A stretch of 64,000 nt of DNA from the human T2T-CHM13v2.0 reference genome, Homo sapiens. Below, piece after piece: positions 15,460 to 29,559 of this stretch; positions within the stretch are counted from its first letter, which is position 1; every line of letters starts with the position of its first letter. The position numbers and the translations under genes were made by a program. The notes under the pieces were generated by a model that did not search any database, was not told the origin of the DNA, and worked only from the letters and a program-made list of their open reading frames with translations. The stretch is taken from assembly GCF_009914755.1 (NCBI RefSeq), contig NC_060944.1; one strand, given 5' to 3'.

Positions 15460-16439
15460 TAATGATTAGTATTTGCATACCTAGTGACGGATGCAATTAA
15501 GAGCATGTTCTAAAAAAATATAAACTCCTAAATACAATTAAGTATTATCTTGTCACCTTTCATTCTTTATTACTGACGGTTGCTAAAATTAATGCTGGTT
15601 TTCCTTATTTTGCTCAAAGAAGTGCCCTTTTACCTACCTATACCCTAGCTTTTGGCTTGTTCACAGGTTTCCTAGCAACTGGGCTAATGATTGCAGTAAA
15701 AAATAATTTTTTTTGGTATTCCAGTGTACGACGCTATTTTTAAGTATCAAAATACTGTATTTTAAAAAATGTAATACTGCTATTTTGGTATTCTAAGAAG
15801 TCTGAAATCTGAATCATTTATATCTTGAGACATTCCAAGAGCATTTTATGCTGCATTAAAAATTCTAATTGAACAAAAGATCCCTTATTTAGAAAACATC
15901 TTTTCCATTTCCATTATCCTAAAGAGAAATAAAAAAATATATATTCGATGAAACAAAACTTGTATTGCAAAGATTATCCTAATAAGAATTCCCTATAAAT
16001 GGTATATGCACATGGTGGTTTTGAAACTGGTACAGATTAGCCTGCAACAGCAATAGGCAAGTGATTCTGTAACTATAAATGGTGACATGCAAAATTCGAA
16101 GCTGAACTGGTGACAACAGCCTTAAAACAAAAACTCCAGGTTCCTGTCAGGAACAATATTGGAGTCTCTATAAAGAAATAAGTTCTTCCAAAGGGTCTCG
16201 AAGTTATTTGAAAATGGGGATTCCAGAGGAAAATGTTTGGGTTGGTAAATAACTCTCTCCTCTTCATTCCTCTGACTAATATGGGGCACAAACATTTTTT
16301 AACAGCTGGAAAAATTTGAGCAACAAAATGCTTGGAACTCATCTGTGACATCATTGATACACGCTTTTATTTTTAATGATTACAGTTAAAGAATCAAATA
16401 ATGTTTTATTTTTAAAATTTCTTATTTAAAATTTCCTAT

Positions 16440-16740
16440 AATTTATTTATTTATTTTTGAGATGGATTCTCATTCCATCACTCAGGCTGGAGTGCAGTGG
16501 CATGATCTTGGCCAACTGTAACCTCTGCCTCCTGGGTTCAAGTGATTCTCCTGCTTCAGCCTCCTGAGTAGCTGGGATTACAGGTGCCCACCACCACACC
16601 CGGCTAATTTTTGTATTTTTAGAAGAGATGGACTTTCATCATGTTGGCCAGGCTGGTCTTGAACTCCTTAACCTCAAGTAATCTGCCTGCCTCGGCCTCC
16701 CATAGTGCTGGGATTACAGGTGTGAGTCACCATGCCGGAC
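16440..16740 (-). mobile_element. AluS
   Basis: Full dimer; (TTTA)n tail. Confidence 0.93.
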
Positions 16741-17000
16741 TATCCCTATATTTTAATTCCATGTTGAGTTGGTTATTTTTGTAATGCTTTATTAGTTTAT
16801 CAGCTACTAATTTGTATTAAACATATAAATTGTACTATATATTTTGTAAATTCATTGTAGTGCTTAATATTTTGTAATGTTTATAAATCTATGTCTTCAA
16901 AATACATTGTGATTAGTTTAAGTGATTTAAAACAATTTCATGAATGCTGTGCACTTTTTGATAAAACAGCAGTATTAGATACTAAAATGCTGATAATTGT

Positions 17001-17266
17001 CACTTTGGGAGGCTGAGACGGGTGGATCATGAGGTCAGGAGTTCAAGACCAGCCCGACCAAGATGGTGAAACCCCATCTCTTCTAAAAATACAAAAATTA
17101 GCCGGGTGTGGTGGTGGGCACCTGTAATCCCAGCTACTTGGGAGTATGAGGCAGAGAACTGCTTGAACCTGGGAGGCAGAGTTTGCAGTGAGCTGAGATT
17201 GCACCACTGCACTCCAGCCTGGGTGACAGAGTGAGACTCCATCTCAAAACAAACAAACAAACAAAA
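17001..17266 (+). mobile_element. 5'-truncated AluS (Sg-like)
   Basis: Starts at cactttgggagg; ggatcatgaggtcagg; (AAAC)n tail. Confidence 0.9.
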
Positions 17267-17439
17267 CTTGTCATTTTCCCCTGGCATTGTACTCCAGCCA
17301 CTAGCTATCCACAGTTATCCAGCCACTAGCAGTGTTCTATCTCTCCTCAGTGTTAAATTCCTAATAGAAGATTCTTATCTGTGCTCCGTTAATCCCAAGA
17401 AGACTTTCGGTGGGCAAAGTGCTCAGATCATAGTCTTAA

Positions 17440-17625
17440 GCGGTGGCCTGGTGGATGAGAAAGAGAATGCATTCAGATGCTAGAATGCAAACCTGAATTT
17501 ATATCTCAGTTAAATAATTCACTTCTCTGAACCTCAGTTTTCATGTCTTTAAGAGTAGAATGCCATTGTCTACCTCTGGGGGCGACTGTGATTGTTAAAT
17601 GAGAATGTATGTCAATGTGACTGCT
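17440..17625 (+). mobile_element. MIR
   Basis: acttctctgaacctcagttttcatgtct..gttaaatgagaatg. Confidence 0.7.
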
Positions 17626-19094
17626 TCCTCAACCAATGGTGGGTCCCTTCTTTCCCTTCCTCTGTGAAGAAGGTGTTTTCTCTGCTGGAAGATAAAAGCC
17701 ATCGCTGGAGTGCGGGGTGTAGAACGTCTGATGAAACAGGGCTCCTTTGTGGGGAAGCAAGGGTCTTTGACGGCCGAAAATGGATCTCACTGCAGCAAGG
17801 TCAGGAGAGGTAAAACCAGCCGAGGAAAACCCAAGTGAGGAGCCCGGAGGCCCGGAGTCAGAAAGCAGGCTGCTCAGATTCACATTTCATTGGAATGCTT
17901 TTCTCCTTTGATGCATCTCAACTGGAAGAGTAAACTGAAACAGTGGGAACTGCGACGTGGAAGCATCTTCATTTATTTTCTGAGGCATTGTGAGGTTACC
18001 CAGAAGGAACCGATGGGGCCCGGGAGTGGATGTTTGTTTTGAAGAATATTACCCGAAGAGTGGGGAAGGAGTAGGGGCAAGTTGGCTTTTCTGCTGTTCC
18101 TTTGGAATTGAGTTTGACCTTGCAAGTGGCCTCAGGAAACCTCCAGTGAATGATTTCCTAGTGGCACCATAAGACTTTGTGTCACTTCTTTCCTTGCTAA
18201 GTAATTCAGATGTCAGTAAGCTTCGCAGCCAAGAAGGCTGGTATGCAGAGTTCATCATTTGTAGTGATTCCATGTTCACCAGATTCTTGCATACCTTGGT
18301 GTGCTTTTCTGATTGCATGATATAAATCTAGTTGGCTTGAAAATTTTGGCTGATAATCTCTTTTGGATACCACCCAGGCTGCGATGCGCCGTCTCTGCAA
18401 TGTGCCATGCATCGCTTCATGAAATCGGTTTTTAAAATACTTGGGACATTGTTTATTTAACTCCAGCTTTGTTCTGGGCTGGTTACACAGGCCCATTTGT
18501 GAAGCTTTCACCCCCTTACTGGTCATGTCCATATGAACCACTCCATTGTGAAAAGGGTCTTGCTCCCCCTCATGCCCCTCATCTTCCTCTCCTAACTATA
18601 AGCATCAGCCTGGGCTCATCGTAGGTCTGTATAGGTAGTAACTATAAGCATCGTAGGGCTCAAGTAGTAAATAAATCTACTTTTATTCAGGCCTCTGAGA
18701 GGTCAATTATGTCCAAACCTTTGTAGCTGATTGCTATGGAAACTGTATTTGTTCAAATTAGGACTCAATTCAATATATCAAGTTCCTCCAAGGAGCTGCT
18801 CCATCCAAAGACAGTAACAGTCTCTGTCCACTGGCAGTGGTTCCATTGGTCAGGTGAATTGGGTCTGCCATCTTGAATGGGCCAGTCTGTCTCCTGGGAC
18901 TTGTACTGAACATCCCTCACTCTCCAGCAAAGTACACTTTCCTTATGGCTGGGTTCCCAGGAGCTGGAGTTGGGAAGGGATCTAGAAGATTGGTTACTTA
19001 GGTCAGTGGTTCATGATCTGTTTTAGGTTACAAGTTTCTTGGAGAACTTGATGAAAATCCTCTGCCTAGGAAGATGCACATGCAGATGTACTCA

Positions 19095-19320
19095 TCTTTC
19101 ATTCAGCAAGTACTAGCTGAGCCTCTGCAAAGCACCATATCTTGTTCTAGAGGCTGGGATACAGCAGAGAAGAACATTGATGAAATTCCCTGACCTTGTA
19201 CCTCAGCCTTCTGGGTTTGAGAGGGGGAAGGTAGACAAAAATAGTCATTGAGAAGCAAACATATTGCATCTCAGAGTGTGATAGATGCTACAGAGAAACA
19301 TATAGTAGGGGAGAAGGGGA
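19095..19320 (-). mobile_element. L2 3' fragment
   Basis: tcattcagcaagtact..gttctagaggctgggatacagcag. Confidence 0.65.
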
Positions 19321-19829
19321 GACACATTGGTGGACTGGCAGAGATTGGTACCTCTTCCTGCTGGCTCCACGGACTTACCTGGAGCCTGATGGATGAGTAG
19401 AGGAAGCCGGGCTACCCTCTGCTGGCCGGGACCATGGATTGAAACGTGTCCAGAGGGTGGGTAAAGAGGGGGTGCTTCATATGTCACAGTAACAACAGTA
19501 TTCTCTTCCACTGAAGACCTCCTGGGTAATAGGGCAGGGGCCTGGCCTGGGTGGGAAGAGGCAAAGTAAGGAGGATGGAGCTCACCAAATCTGTGCCATG
19601 GGGTCTTCCCTGGCTCTCTCCATTTCTCCTGCACCCTGCGATAACCTTCTAGCTCTAGTTCTTGTCTTTTCCTCTTAATGTTCAGCTGTCTTTGAATTAA
19701 TGATGGTGACCACCTCCTTCTAGTGACTACATTTTTCCACACCTCTGGACCTTGCCCTGTTCTGTCTCTCTTGACACTGGCCCAGCTGCCCCAAATGGCT
19801 CATGGGTGTGGGGGCTGTCACCTATTTAG

Positions 19830-20035
19830 CAGGCTGGATAGCATGGCAGTTGAGTGCTCATGATTCGGAGTGAACAACCTGGGTTTGAATCCCAGCTCTT
19901 CCATCTGGTTGCCTTTGGGCAAGTCACCTGTCCTCTCTGAGTCTCAGTTTCCCTATCTATGAAAGGGAAGAGAACAGGAGGATTAAATGAGATCACACAT
20001 ATAAAAGGTTTGGACTAGCATGGGGTAAGCACTCA
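19830..20035 (+). mobile_element. MIR
   Basis: cctgggtttgaatcccagctct..ttgggcaagtcac..gagtctcagtttccctatct. Confidence 0.85.
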
Positions 20036-20139
20036 GGAGATGGCAGGTTTTGTTGTAGTACTAGTAGTTGATGTGCTCATGGAGTTGGTTTTCTGAAGGA
20101 ATGTGGTAAGAGACTGGTGATTAGAAACAGGTGCAGAGT

Positions 20140-20300
20140 CATCCACTGATCGAACACTTGTTGAGTGCCCTTGCATGCCAGGCACTGTTCCAGGCTCTAG
20201 GGACACAGTTGGGGACACAATAGACAAAAGTCTTTTCTCATGTATCTGGCATTCTAGTTTGTGACATGACAGATAAGTAAGTAGGGTTATGGAGATGTAT
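20140..20300 (-). mobile_element. L2 3' fragment
   Basis: aacacttgttgagtgccc..tgccaggcactgttccagg. Confidence 0.7.
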
Positions 20301-20319
20301 GGATATAAATGAATAAATT

Positions 20320-20621
20320 TATTTTTATTATTATTATTTTTGAGACAGAGTCTCACTCTGTCACCCAGGCTGGGGTGCAGTGGCACAATCTCTGCTCACT
20401 GCAAACTCTGCTTCCCAGGTTCAAGTGATTCTCTTGCCTCAGCCTCTGAGTAGCTGGGATTACAGGCACCCACAACTACACCCAGCTAATTTTTGTATTT
20501 TTAGTAGGACGGGGTTTTACCATGTTGGCCAGGCTGGTCTCGAACTCCTGACCTCAAGTGATCTGCCCACCTTGGCCTCTCAAAGTGCTGGGATTATGGG
20601 TGTGAGTCACTGCACCTGGCC
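20320..20621 (-). mobile_element. AluS
   Basis: Full dimer; TSD aaatgaataaatttat on both sides. Confidence 0.95.
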
Positions 20622-20649
20622 CAAATGAATAAATTTATATACAGACTTG

Positions 20650-21200
20650 GCTGTGTGGCTTTCAGCTGCAAGTAAGAGAAAACTCAATCAACAGTAGCTT
20701 AAACTGTAAAGTCAGTTATTATTTTCTTAACAAGAAGAATAAATAGCCTCAGGATTTGCACTCAGGGATGCGCTGATGACCCTCAATACATCCATCCTTC
20801 AGCTCTAGTTTCCTCAGTGGGTTGGATTTCATTTAGCCTTGTTGCCTCATGAGCACAGAATGGCTGCTGCAGCTCCTGACATCTCTTCTGCCCATGATCA
20901 TGACCCATGAAGGAAGGCAAAAAGGGAAACAAAGGGCCTTCCTCCTCCTGTGACTCTCCCTTTTATCAGGGAGCCCAGAAGCCCTTCACAAACTTTCCTT
21001 TGCAGCTCATTGGCTAAAAGCAGGTCATGTGCCTGGCGATGACCATTTGTTGGCAAAATAGAAAAGGATTACTGTGGCTGGCTTAGATTGTTGTTGCTTC
21101 ACCCCTGGTGCTGGGCACATTGCTACCTGAACATAACTGAGGTTCAGTTACCAAAGAGGAAGGAGAAATGGCTGTCAGGTAGGCAACCAATGCTGTCTGC
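20650..21200 (-). mobile_element. MLT1J/K-like LTR
   Basis: ttcagctgcaagtaagagaaaactc..aatggctgctgcagctcc..gtaggcaacc. Confidence 0.65.
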
Positions 21201-21539
21201 TTTCCAGCAGGCCTGAGCGTCTCTTTGGAAGAGAGAAGTTAGTGGTAGCAGCTGAAGGGGCTCTTTGGGTAGACTTGGGGTTTGAGAGTGCCACCTTGGG
21301 CCTCTAATGTCATAGTTCAATAGCGAGTTGAGGAGGGGCTTTCTCCCTTTATGCTGTGTGGGACACAGGAGTGGCATCTGGCATGTCCACGGAGTGCCAA
21401 GGGACAAGAAGCAGCAGGTGTGCTTGAGAAGAAAGCAGAAAATGTCGCACATCCCTGAGGGCCGCCCTCACTGGCCTGTGGACATCCGAGGCAGGTGCTG
21501 AATGCAGGATAAATACCTACAAACACTCCTACACCCAGA

Positions 21540-22532
21540 GGCTTCTGGGATGCCCCTTGGATATCCACAGGCACAGCAGAGGCAAAGTGTACAAAACGGA
21601 ACCCAGGGCCTAGCTCCCTGCCTCTACCCAGCCTGCTCCCCACCTCATCTCCCCATCTCAGTGAACGAGAATATCACCATTCATCCAGCAGCCAGCATAA
21701 AACCTGGGTGTCCTACTCAATTTCCACCTCTCCCTCTTCCCTCATGGGATCCCTCATCAAGTCCTACGGATCCTTCCTCTTCTCTAGATCAGCTCCATCT
21801 ACTGTTTTCCACTTCGGAAGCCAGCACCATCCTTCAAGCCTCCTGGATGACTGGGATGGTCTTTTAACTGTGCCTCACCACCTGTCACCCACCTCCACCT
21901 TCCCCAACCTGGTCTGGTTTTCCCACTGCAGCCAGAGTGACCTTTATAAATGACAGCATTGAGCATCTCTTTTCTCTGCATTAAAAAACCCTCCTGGCTT
22001 CCCTTTGCCTTTAGGATAGGATCCTGTTCTTGGCCCAAGATGCCTCCTACCACTCACCATGCGGCCTCAGCCTTCCCTCCCACCCCATTTCCCCCATCTT
22101 TCCCCCTACTCTTCCTAAAAGGGCCCAGTCAGTCTCTCTCTTGCCTCAGGGCTTTGACTGTGATTTTCTTTCAGCTCTGAACTCTCTCTCTTCCCAGCCG
22201 CCTTCTCCCGCTGCCTAGTGCTTTTCATTTTGTGCATTCTAGTTAAAATAGCACATCCCCAGGAGGGATCTATTTTGCTCCCCAGACTAGGCTGAGACCC
22301 TCTTCTCAGGCTTTCCTCACACTCTGTCTTTCTCCATCATCACCATGTACCCCAAAGGCTGCTTGACACGCTTGTCTTTTCTGTTGGAGCCTAGAAGCTG
22401 GACCATAGGCTTCATGACACAGGGGCTGGCCTTTTTTGTTGCTCTCTGACCTCAGGATCTAGCCCAGTGTCTGGTGCACAGCAGAGGCTCATTATCATAT
22501 ATCACCTAATAATCATATAAAGAATGAATGAA
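21540..22532 (+). mobile_element. L2 (about 1 kb including the 3' end)
   Basis: cactgcagccagagtgacctt; ends cagtgtctggtgcacagcagaggctc..gaatgaatga. Confidence 0.75.
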
Positions 22533-22544
22533 GATTTTCAAAGC

Positions 22545-23415
<871 letters not shown>

Positions 23416-23829
23416 TTAGCCCTTTCTCCATCATGAAGGATAACTCGAGGCAGGGCATCCAGTGCCAGTGGGAACTGGTGAGAGGGCTTCGCCATCACCC
23501 TAGCTGTCATCCGCGTGACCAGATGGGCTCATTTGGGTGGAAATCCTCCCCCCTGCTCCCCCAGATACAGTGGCTCATCCTGCCTGACGTGCTGCAAGCC
23601 TGTCGAGCTGCTCAGGGTAGAGCCAGGTTGGGAGAAGTTTGGGATGGAGCCAGGAAAGGCAATCAATGGAGTTTATTAAGCATTCAAAGCAGGTTGTTGC
23701 TCTCTGGCAGATCAGCTGCTAGTTTAAGTACCTGTGAAATCCACAGTAAACAGCTGCCTGCCCACTGGTGTCAGGAGAGCTGGCTTTTAGGCAGAGCCAG
23801 ATTTGAAGATGCAGAAAGACATAGATCCA

Positions 23830-24300
23830 CTGTTTCTTTAGGATCTGTTATGTGCCCGGCACCATCTTACTTAATCCTCGTGCAATCCTCCCAGGGAAGT
23901 ATTATTTCCATTTTTAATAGAAGAAAGCAAGGCACAGAGAGGTTAAGGACTTTGCCCCAGGTCACACAGCAAATTCCCAGTGCAGCAGGCAAAGCCTATA
24001 CTGCCTCTTCCGGACTAGCTGCAAACTTTTCTAATTTTGTCCCAGATATGTTTTCACTGCTCAGTTTACGTCCCTCTGCAAGTATAATAGCCAATGTTTA
24101 TTCAACACCTCACGGTGCCAGGCACTGTTCATTATGTTATTCTAAATCCTTGCAACAACCCATTTGAGGTGAGGGCATTTATCCCATTTCTGCAGATGCA
24201 GAGTTGAGGCTCCAAAAGCTGGAGGGGCTTGTTTGAGCATACACAGCTGGTGAGGGTAAAAGCAGGTTTGCAACCAGGCCATCTGAGCTCAGTGTGAGAG
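23830..24300 (-). mobile_element. Two MIRs (about 23830-24010 and 24085-24300)
   Basis: ggcacagagaggttaaggactttgcc; cccatttctgcagatgcagagttgaggctc. Confidence 0.75.
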
Positions 24301-24904
24301 AGCACCCATCTTGCCTCCTCTTTCTCTGTTTAGACAGCACTTCTTTCCATTTAAATCTTTCCCCAGCCCTCTCTTCCTCATCACTCCACAGCAGACTCTC
24401 CACCCTGGCACTTCTGCTCAGACCTGTCAGTCAATGAGCAAAGAAAGTGAGCGAGTATGCTGTGCGTGTGTTGAAATGAGTCGGCAGGTCGTCCAAGCAG
24501 ACGTCTCCAGACAGCAGTATGCATCGCCATTGACAGAGTCAATTACTGCGGCCCCAGGAAAGGGCTGTTTAGCATCTTGAAAGAATTAACCAAACAGTGC
24601 ATAATTATTGCAAATCAACCGCCTCTTAATTATATCTGTGGCTCCATTATGCACCCCATTGGGCTCCAGCCCCTGCAACCCATGGCCCTGGATTTGGTAC
24701 ATCCCCTTTGCCACAGCCCACTTCTCGGAGAAGACAGAGCTGTGCGTGTGGGAATAACGGCTCTCCTCCAACGATCAGCTTAAAGGTCATGTCTTTACTT
24801 GTGGACATTTCTACCAGAAATATGGAAAAAGAGCAAAGTTGTTTTAACAGGCTCCAACCTCTCCGTGCTGCCAAGGAGCTGTCTTCTGCCAGATTCAATT
24901 CAGT

Positions 24905-25130
24905 TCAATAACAACAGCTGCCTTTCCTGGGGGTATTTCCTGTGTTCTAAACACTTCCTGTAATTCTCACCTGCGCAGAAGGAGTTGGTATCCTCCATTT
25001 TACAGATGGAGCGACTGAGGCTTAAAGGTGATAGGAGATTGCACAAGGTCATCTTTGAGGTAAATTGCAGAATCAGTATTAGACCCAGGGTCTACCTGAA
25101 ATCTGAGCCTGCGTGTTGCGCTGGTAGATC
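24905..25130 (-). mobile_element. MIR
   Basis: ctccattttacagatggagcgactgaggctt. Confidence 0.8.
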
Positions 25131-25699
25131 ATGCCGTCCTTTCCCCCACAAGTCAACCCAGCTCTAGGGTTGACTTGTTCTTGGGGAGAGCAGAGGAGTG
25201 CAGTCCTCAGCCCTTGCCTTCAGCATCCCCATCCCTTGGCTGTGGTGTCCTCGCCTCTTCAGGTCTAGTTAGAGTTTGTCTCCAACCCCATTTTACACCA
25301 GTGGAAGGTTGGCTGGTTCTGTGGTTTACCCCATAGATGACCTTTTGCAAGTCTCACACCTTTAAGCCTCAGTTGCCCCATCTGTAAGATGAGGGATACC
25401 GACTCCTCCTGTGCAGGTGAGAATTACAGTTCAAGTTTTCAGCTTGAGAATTTAGCTCAAGTTTCTGAGAAGCCCCTGGAGGTTTTCGTCTCTGTTGCTC
25501 TGGGCTGGCCTTTGACTTTTCTGGCTGACTTTCTCTGTGCCGCACAATGTTGATTCAGACCTTTTCCTCTGTTCCCCACAGAATAACCCCGACTCACACC
25601 AGGCATTGATGCATGAAATGGGCTTTACAGAAAATTTAGGAGAAGATAAAGAAATAGTTTATGTGGCTGAGATTCCAACAATTTTCAATTGAATATTAG

Positions 25700-26152
<453 letters not shown>

Positions 26153-26204
26153 CTTCCAAATTCTTCAATTCTTCCTTTCTCCATGCACTTTGCATATAGA
26201 ATGC

Positions 26205-26795
26205 AGCAAGTATTGTGGGAATATTTACTGTGTGCTAAGCGCTTTTCATGTATGATCTCATTTAATCATCCTATCAACTCTAAGAGGAAGGTATTCTTAT
26301 TGTTCCCATTTTACAGATGAAGAAACTGAGACCTGGATTAATCAGCTTGCCCAAAGTTTTTCTGCTGGTGATATGGTTTGGCTGTGTCCCCACCCAAATT
26401 TCATCTTGAATTGTAGTTCCCATAATCTCCATGTGTCATGAGAGGGACCCAGTGGGAGGTAATTGAATCATGGGGCGATTACCTCCACAATTTTGTGCTA
26501 GTGAGTGAGTTCTCATGAGATCTGATGGTTTTATAAGGGGCTTTTCCCCCTTTTGCTCAGCACCTCTTGCTGCTGCCATGTGGAGAAGGATGTGTTTGTT
26601 TTCCCTTCGGCCATGATTGTAAGTTTCCTGAGGCCTCCCAGCCATGCTAAACTGTGAATCAATTAAACCTTTTTCCTTTATAACTTACCCAGTCTCCTGT
26701 ATGTCTTTATTAGCAGCGTGAGAATGGACTAATACAGCTGGTAAGTAGTAATGGCAGGATTCGGACCCGTAACCCCAGCATTCCTATTCTTAACC
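26205..26795 (-). mobile_element. MIR split by THE1
   Basis: cccattttacagatgaagaaactgag before the LTR; gctggtaagtagtaatggcaggattcgg after. Confidence 0.8.
26369..26736 (+). mobile_element. THE1 (B/C-like) solo LTR
   Basis: tgatatggtttggctgtgtcccc..ctaataca; perfect 5-bp TSD gctgg (26364-26368, 26737-26741). Confidence 0.95.
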
Positions 26796-27771
26796 TCTAG
26801 TTTGGGACAGTGTCAGGCACTGGATTCCTCTGCGTACGGTCTCTGCCCTCATCTAGACGCTAGCTTTGCTCTCCAAAGGCAGAGTCTCATAGGTGGCTCT
26901 TTGGTATCTGATATGGTGCAGACCATCCAGGAAGCACCTAATAAATGCTGAATGGATGGATGATTAAACAAAAAGCATTGTTTGAGGGTCAAGTTGTTTA
27001 CTTAGATCACAGCTTGGAGAGAAAAAAGCTCTGTAGGATGCAGTTATTCTCAAGAAACCAACCATTGCTCATCTCTTCTGTGCGGCAGTGCCTTTGCAGA
27101 GCATAAGCAATACTTTGGTCTTTGTTTCATCAACATTTCCTTGCCTTTTAATTTGTGGTAAGAGGACGTGAAGGGAAATAAACATATAGTGATGAGGTGG
27201 GGAAAGCCTTTTTCTTGGCTCCGACTAGGGGAGGCATGGAAGATGAATTGAGTTCTGTGCCATCCTCTCAAAGTTCACGCTGTTTTTGCTCCAAAGTTGT
27301 TTCCCTGCATGATTTATTGTGCTATCTGGAAAATCAATTTTTTCTTCTTGGGACCACAGAAGAGTCTGTTTCAAAACACATTTGCACCCTTAAAGCTAAC
27401 ATATTCAGTCTTACTGCCTCTGGTATCTGTAAGCAGACCCATTCCATGCTATTTTTAGGATCATTTCCAGAAAAATAATTTGTTTCATTGTGGAGTCTGT
27501 CAAGCTAAATGGAGTTATTTTCTTTGTGGAGTTGGATGAGTAAATCTAGTCCTAAGAAAATGAGGATTTAAAACATTTCCTGCAGAGAGCTCATAGCTGG
27601 GTTTATCTTATAGATTAAAATAAAAAGGAGCTACCAGAAGGTCTGTGTGTCCAATACACTTTGTTACCATCTATCAAGTCTATTTTCTTAAGTTGTCAGA
27701 GCTGTTTGCATTCATAATAATAGCTTTATCAAGAATCAGCTCCTTTTCTAGCATCAAAAGTTAAGAATTTA

Positions 27772-28083
<312 letters not shown>

Positions 28084-28251
28084 TTAGACTTTGCAGCTGA
28101 ATGGATCAGGATTCAAATATGTGCAAGATGTTCTACCTGTCTGGCCTCAGTTTCTTGATCTGAAAAAATGGGAAGAATTAAAGAACCTACGTCATCAGGT
28201 TGTAAAGGCCTTAACAGCATGGTAAGGCATGTGGAGTGGGATGCACTTGTT

Positions 28252-28875
28252 CAGGCATTGGTGGCCCAGGGTATAGGGCCCGTGATATTTTCAGGGGCCC
28301 ACAAAAAAGTTTCTGTTTTGGTTTCTTTGGCTGGGTGCAGTGGCTCCCACCTATAATCCCAGCACTTTGGGAGGCCGAGGCGGGTGGATCCCTGAGGTCA
28401 GGAGTTCGAGACTAGCCTGGCCAACATAACGAAACCCCATCTCTACTAAAAAAAAAAAAAATCAGCTGAGTGTGGTGGCGGGTACCTGTAGTCCTGGCTA
28501 CTTGTGGGGTGAGACAGGAGAATTGCTCGAACCCAGGAGGTGGAGGTTGCAGTGAACCAAGGATGCACCACTGCTCTCCAGCCTGGGTGACAGAGTGAGA
28601 CTCTGTCTCAAACAAAAAAAAAAATTCTTTTAAGATCAGAAGGAAAAAATGAATATAGTAATAATGAATGCATAATAATGAATCCAGCCTAGATTATATT
28701 TGTCTTTTATACCAACATAGTCACAAAATATTTTTAATTATAATTATATATTATATAATTAGATTATAATTATATAATATATAATTAAAATAATTTTATA
28801 ATATAATTTTATATAGAGGGAGGAGCCCATGAAGGCAAATGTACCTAGGGCTCATGAAAGTCATAATATAGCCCT
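28252..28875. mobile_element. hAT-type MITE (MER family) split by an Alu
   Basis: Repeated gggccc subterminal motifs; ends ..atagccctg. Confidence 0.55.
28329..28624 (+). mobile_element. AluS
   Basis: Full dimer. Confidence 0.93.
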
Positions 28876-28899
28876 GGAGTGTATCAAATGGGAGGATAT

Positions 28900-29280
28900 A
28901 TTTTTTAATCACACAAAATAAGTTCAGAAGTAGGCAGGCAGTTTGAGACAGGTCTGGCCACTCCTTGGTCTCTAAGGTCCTATTTTTTCGCACCACCTCC
29001 CTCAAGCTTGCCTCATGGACCAAAATGGCTGCTAGAGCTTTAGCCACTGTGTCTGCATTCCAGGCATCAGAAGGAAAAAGGGGCAACGGGCAAAAGGAGC
29101 CCACTTCCCAGCTGGGGCACCTCTCTTTAAGGAACATTCTGCCCCACAACACTGAACTTGGTCACAAAGCTGCAGCTTAGCTTTAAGGGGGGCCGGGACA
29201 TGTAATGTTTTAGCCGGGCGCATTGCCTTTCCAGATACAAGGTGGGTTTATACCAAAGAAGGTGAGAACAAGGCCAGATC
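28900..29280 (-). mobile_element. MLT1I/J-like LTR
   Basis: caaaatggctgctagagct..tctgcattccaggca. Confidence 0.6.
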
Positions 29281-29559
29281 ACACAACCCAGAAAGAAGGA
29301 GATACTAGCTCTCTCTGGCAAGCCCCTTGACAGACAGGAAGAGGGAGACGGAGTGAGCTGACAGACTAAGTTCTCCAGCCAGGCATCTCACCTGTGGTGT
29401 GAGGCTCCATCAGTTCCAAAAGGGGGAAGGACAAACAGGCACAGGTGGGGCTCCTGTCAAGTCAGAGGGTCGGGAAGGGGAGAGTGGAGGGATCAGGCAG
29501 AGGTGTGATCTCTGTGCCCCATCCTCTGGGTTCCTCATTCCATCAGGCTGCCACCCGAG

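Noticed and set aside
17892-17913. Adjacent TEAD (GGAATG) and TCF (CCTTTGAT) motifs
   Set aside because: Two short motifs alone are insufficient evidence
18381-18415. gcgatgc/gcatcgc hairpin
   Set aside because: A 7-bp stem with a long loop is expected by chance
25561-25581. Strong acceptor-like cttttcctctgttccccacAG (others near 6997, 31520, 33090, 50236)
   Set aside because: No paired donor with an open, recognisable frame; such sites are common by chance, although lncRNA exons cannot be excluded
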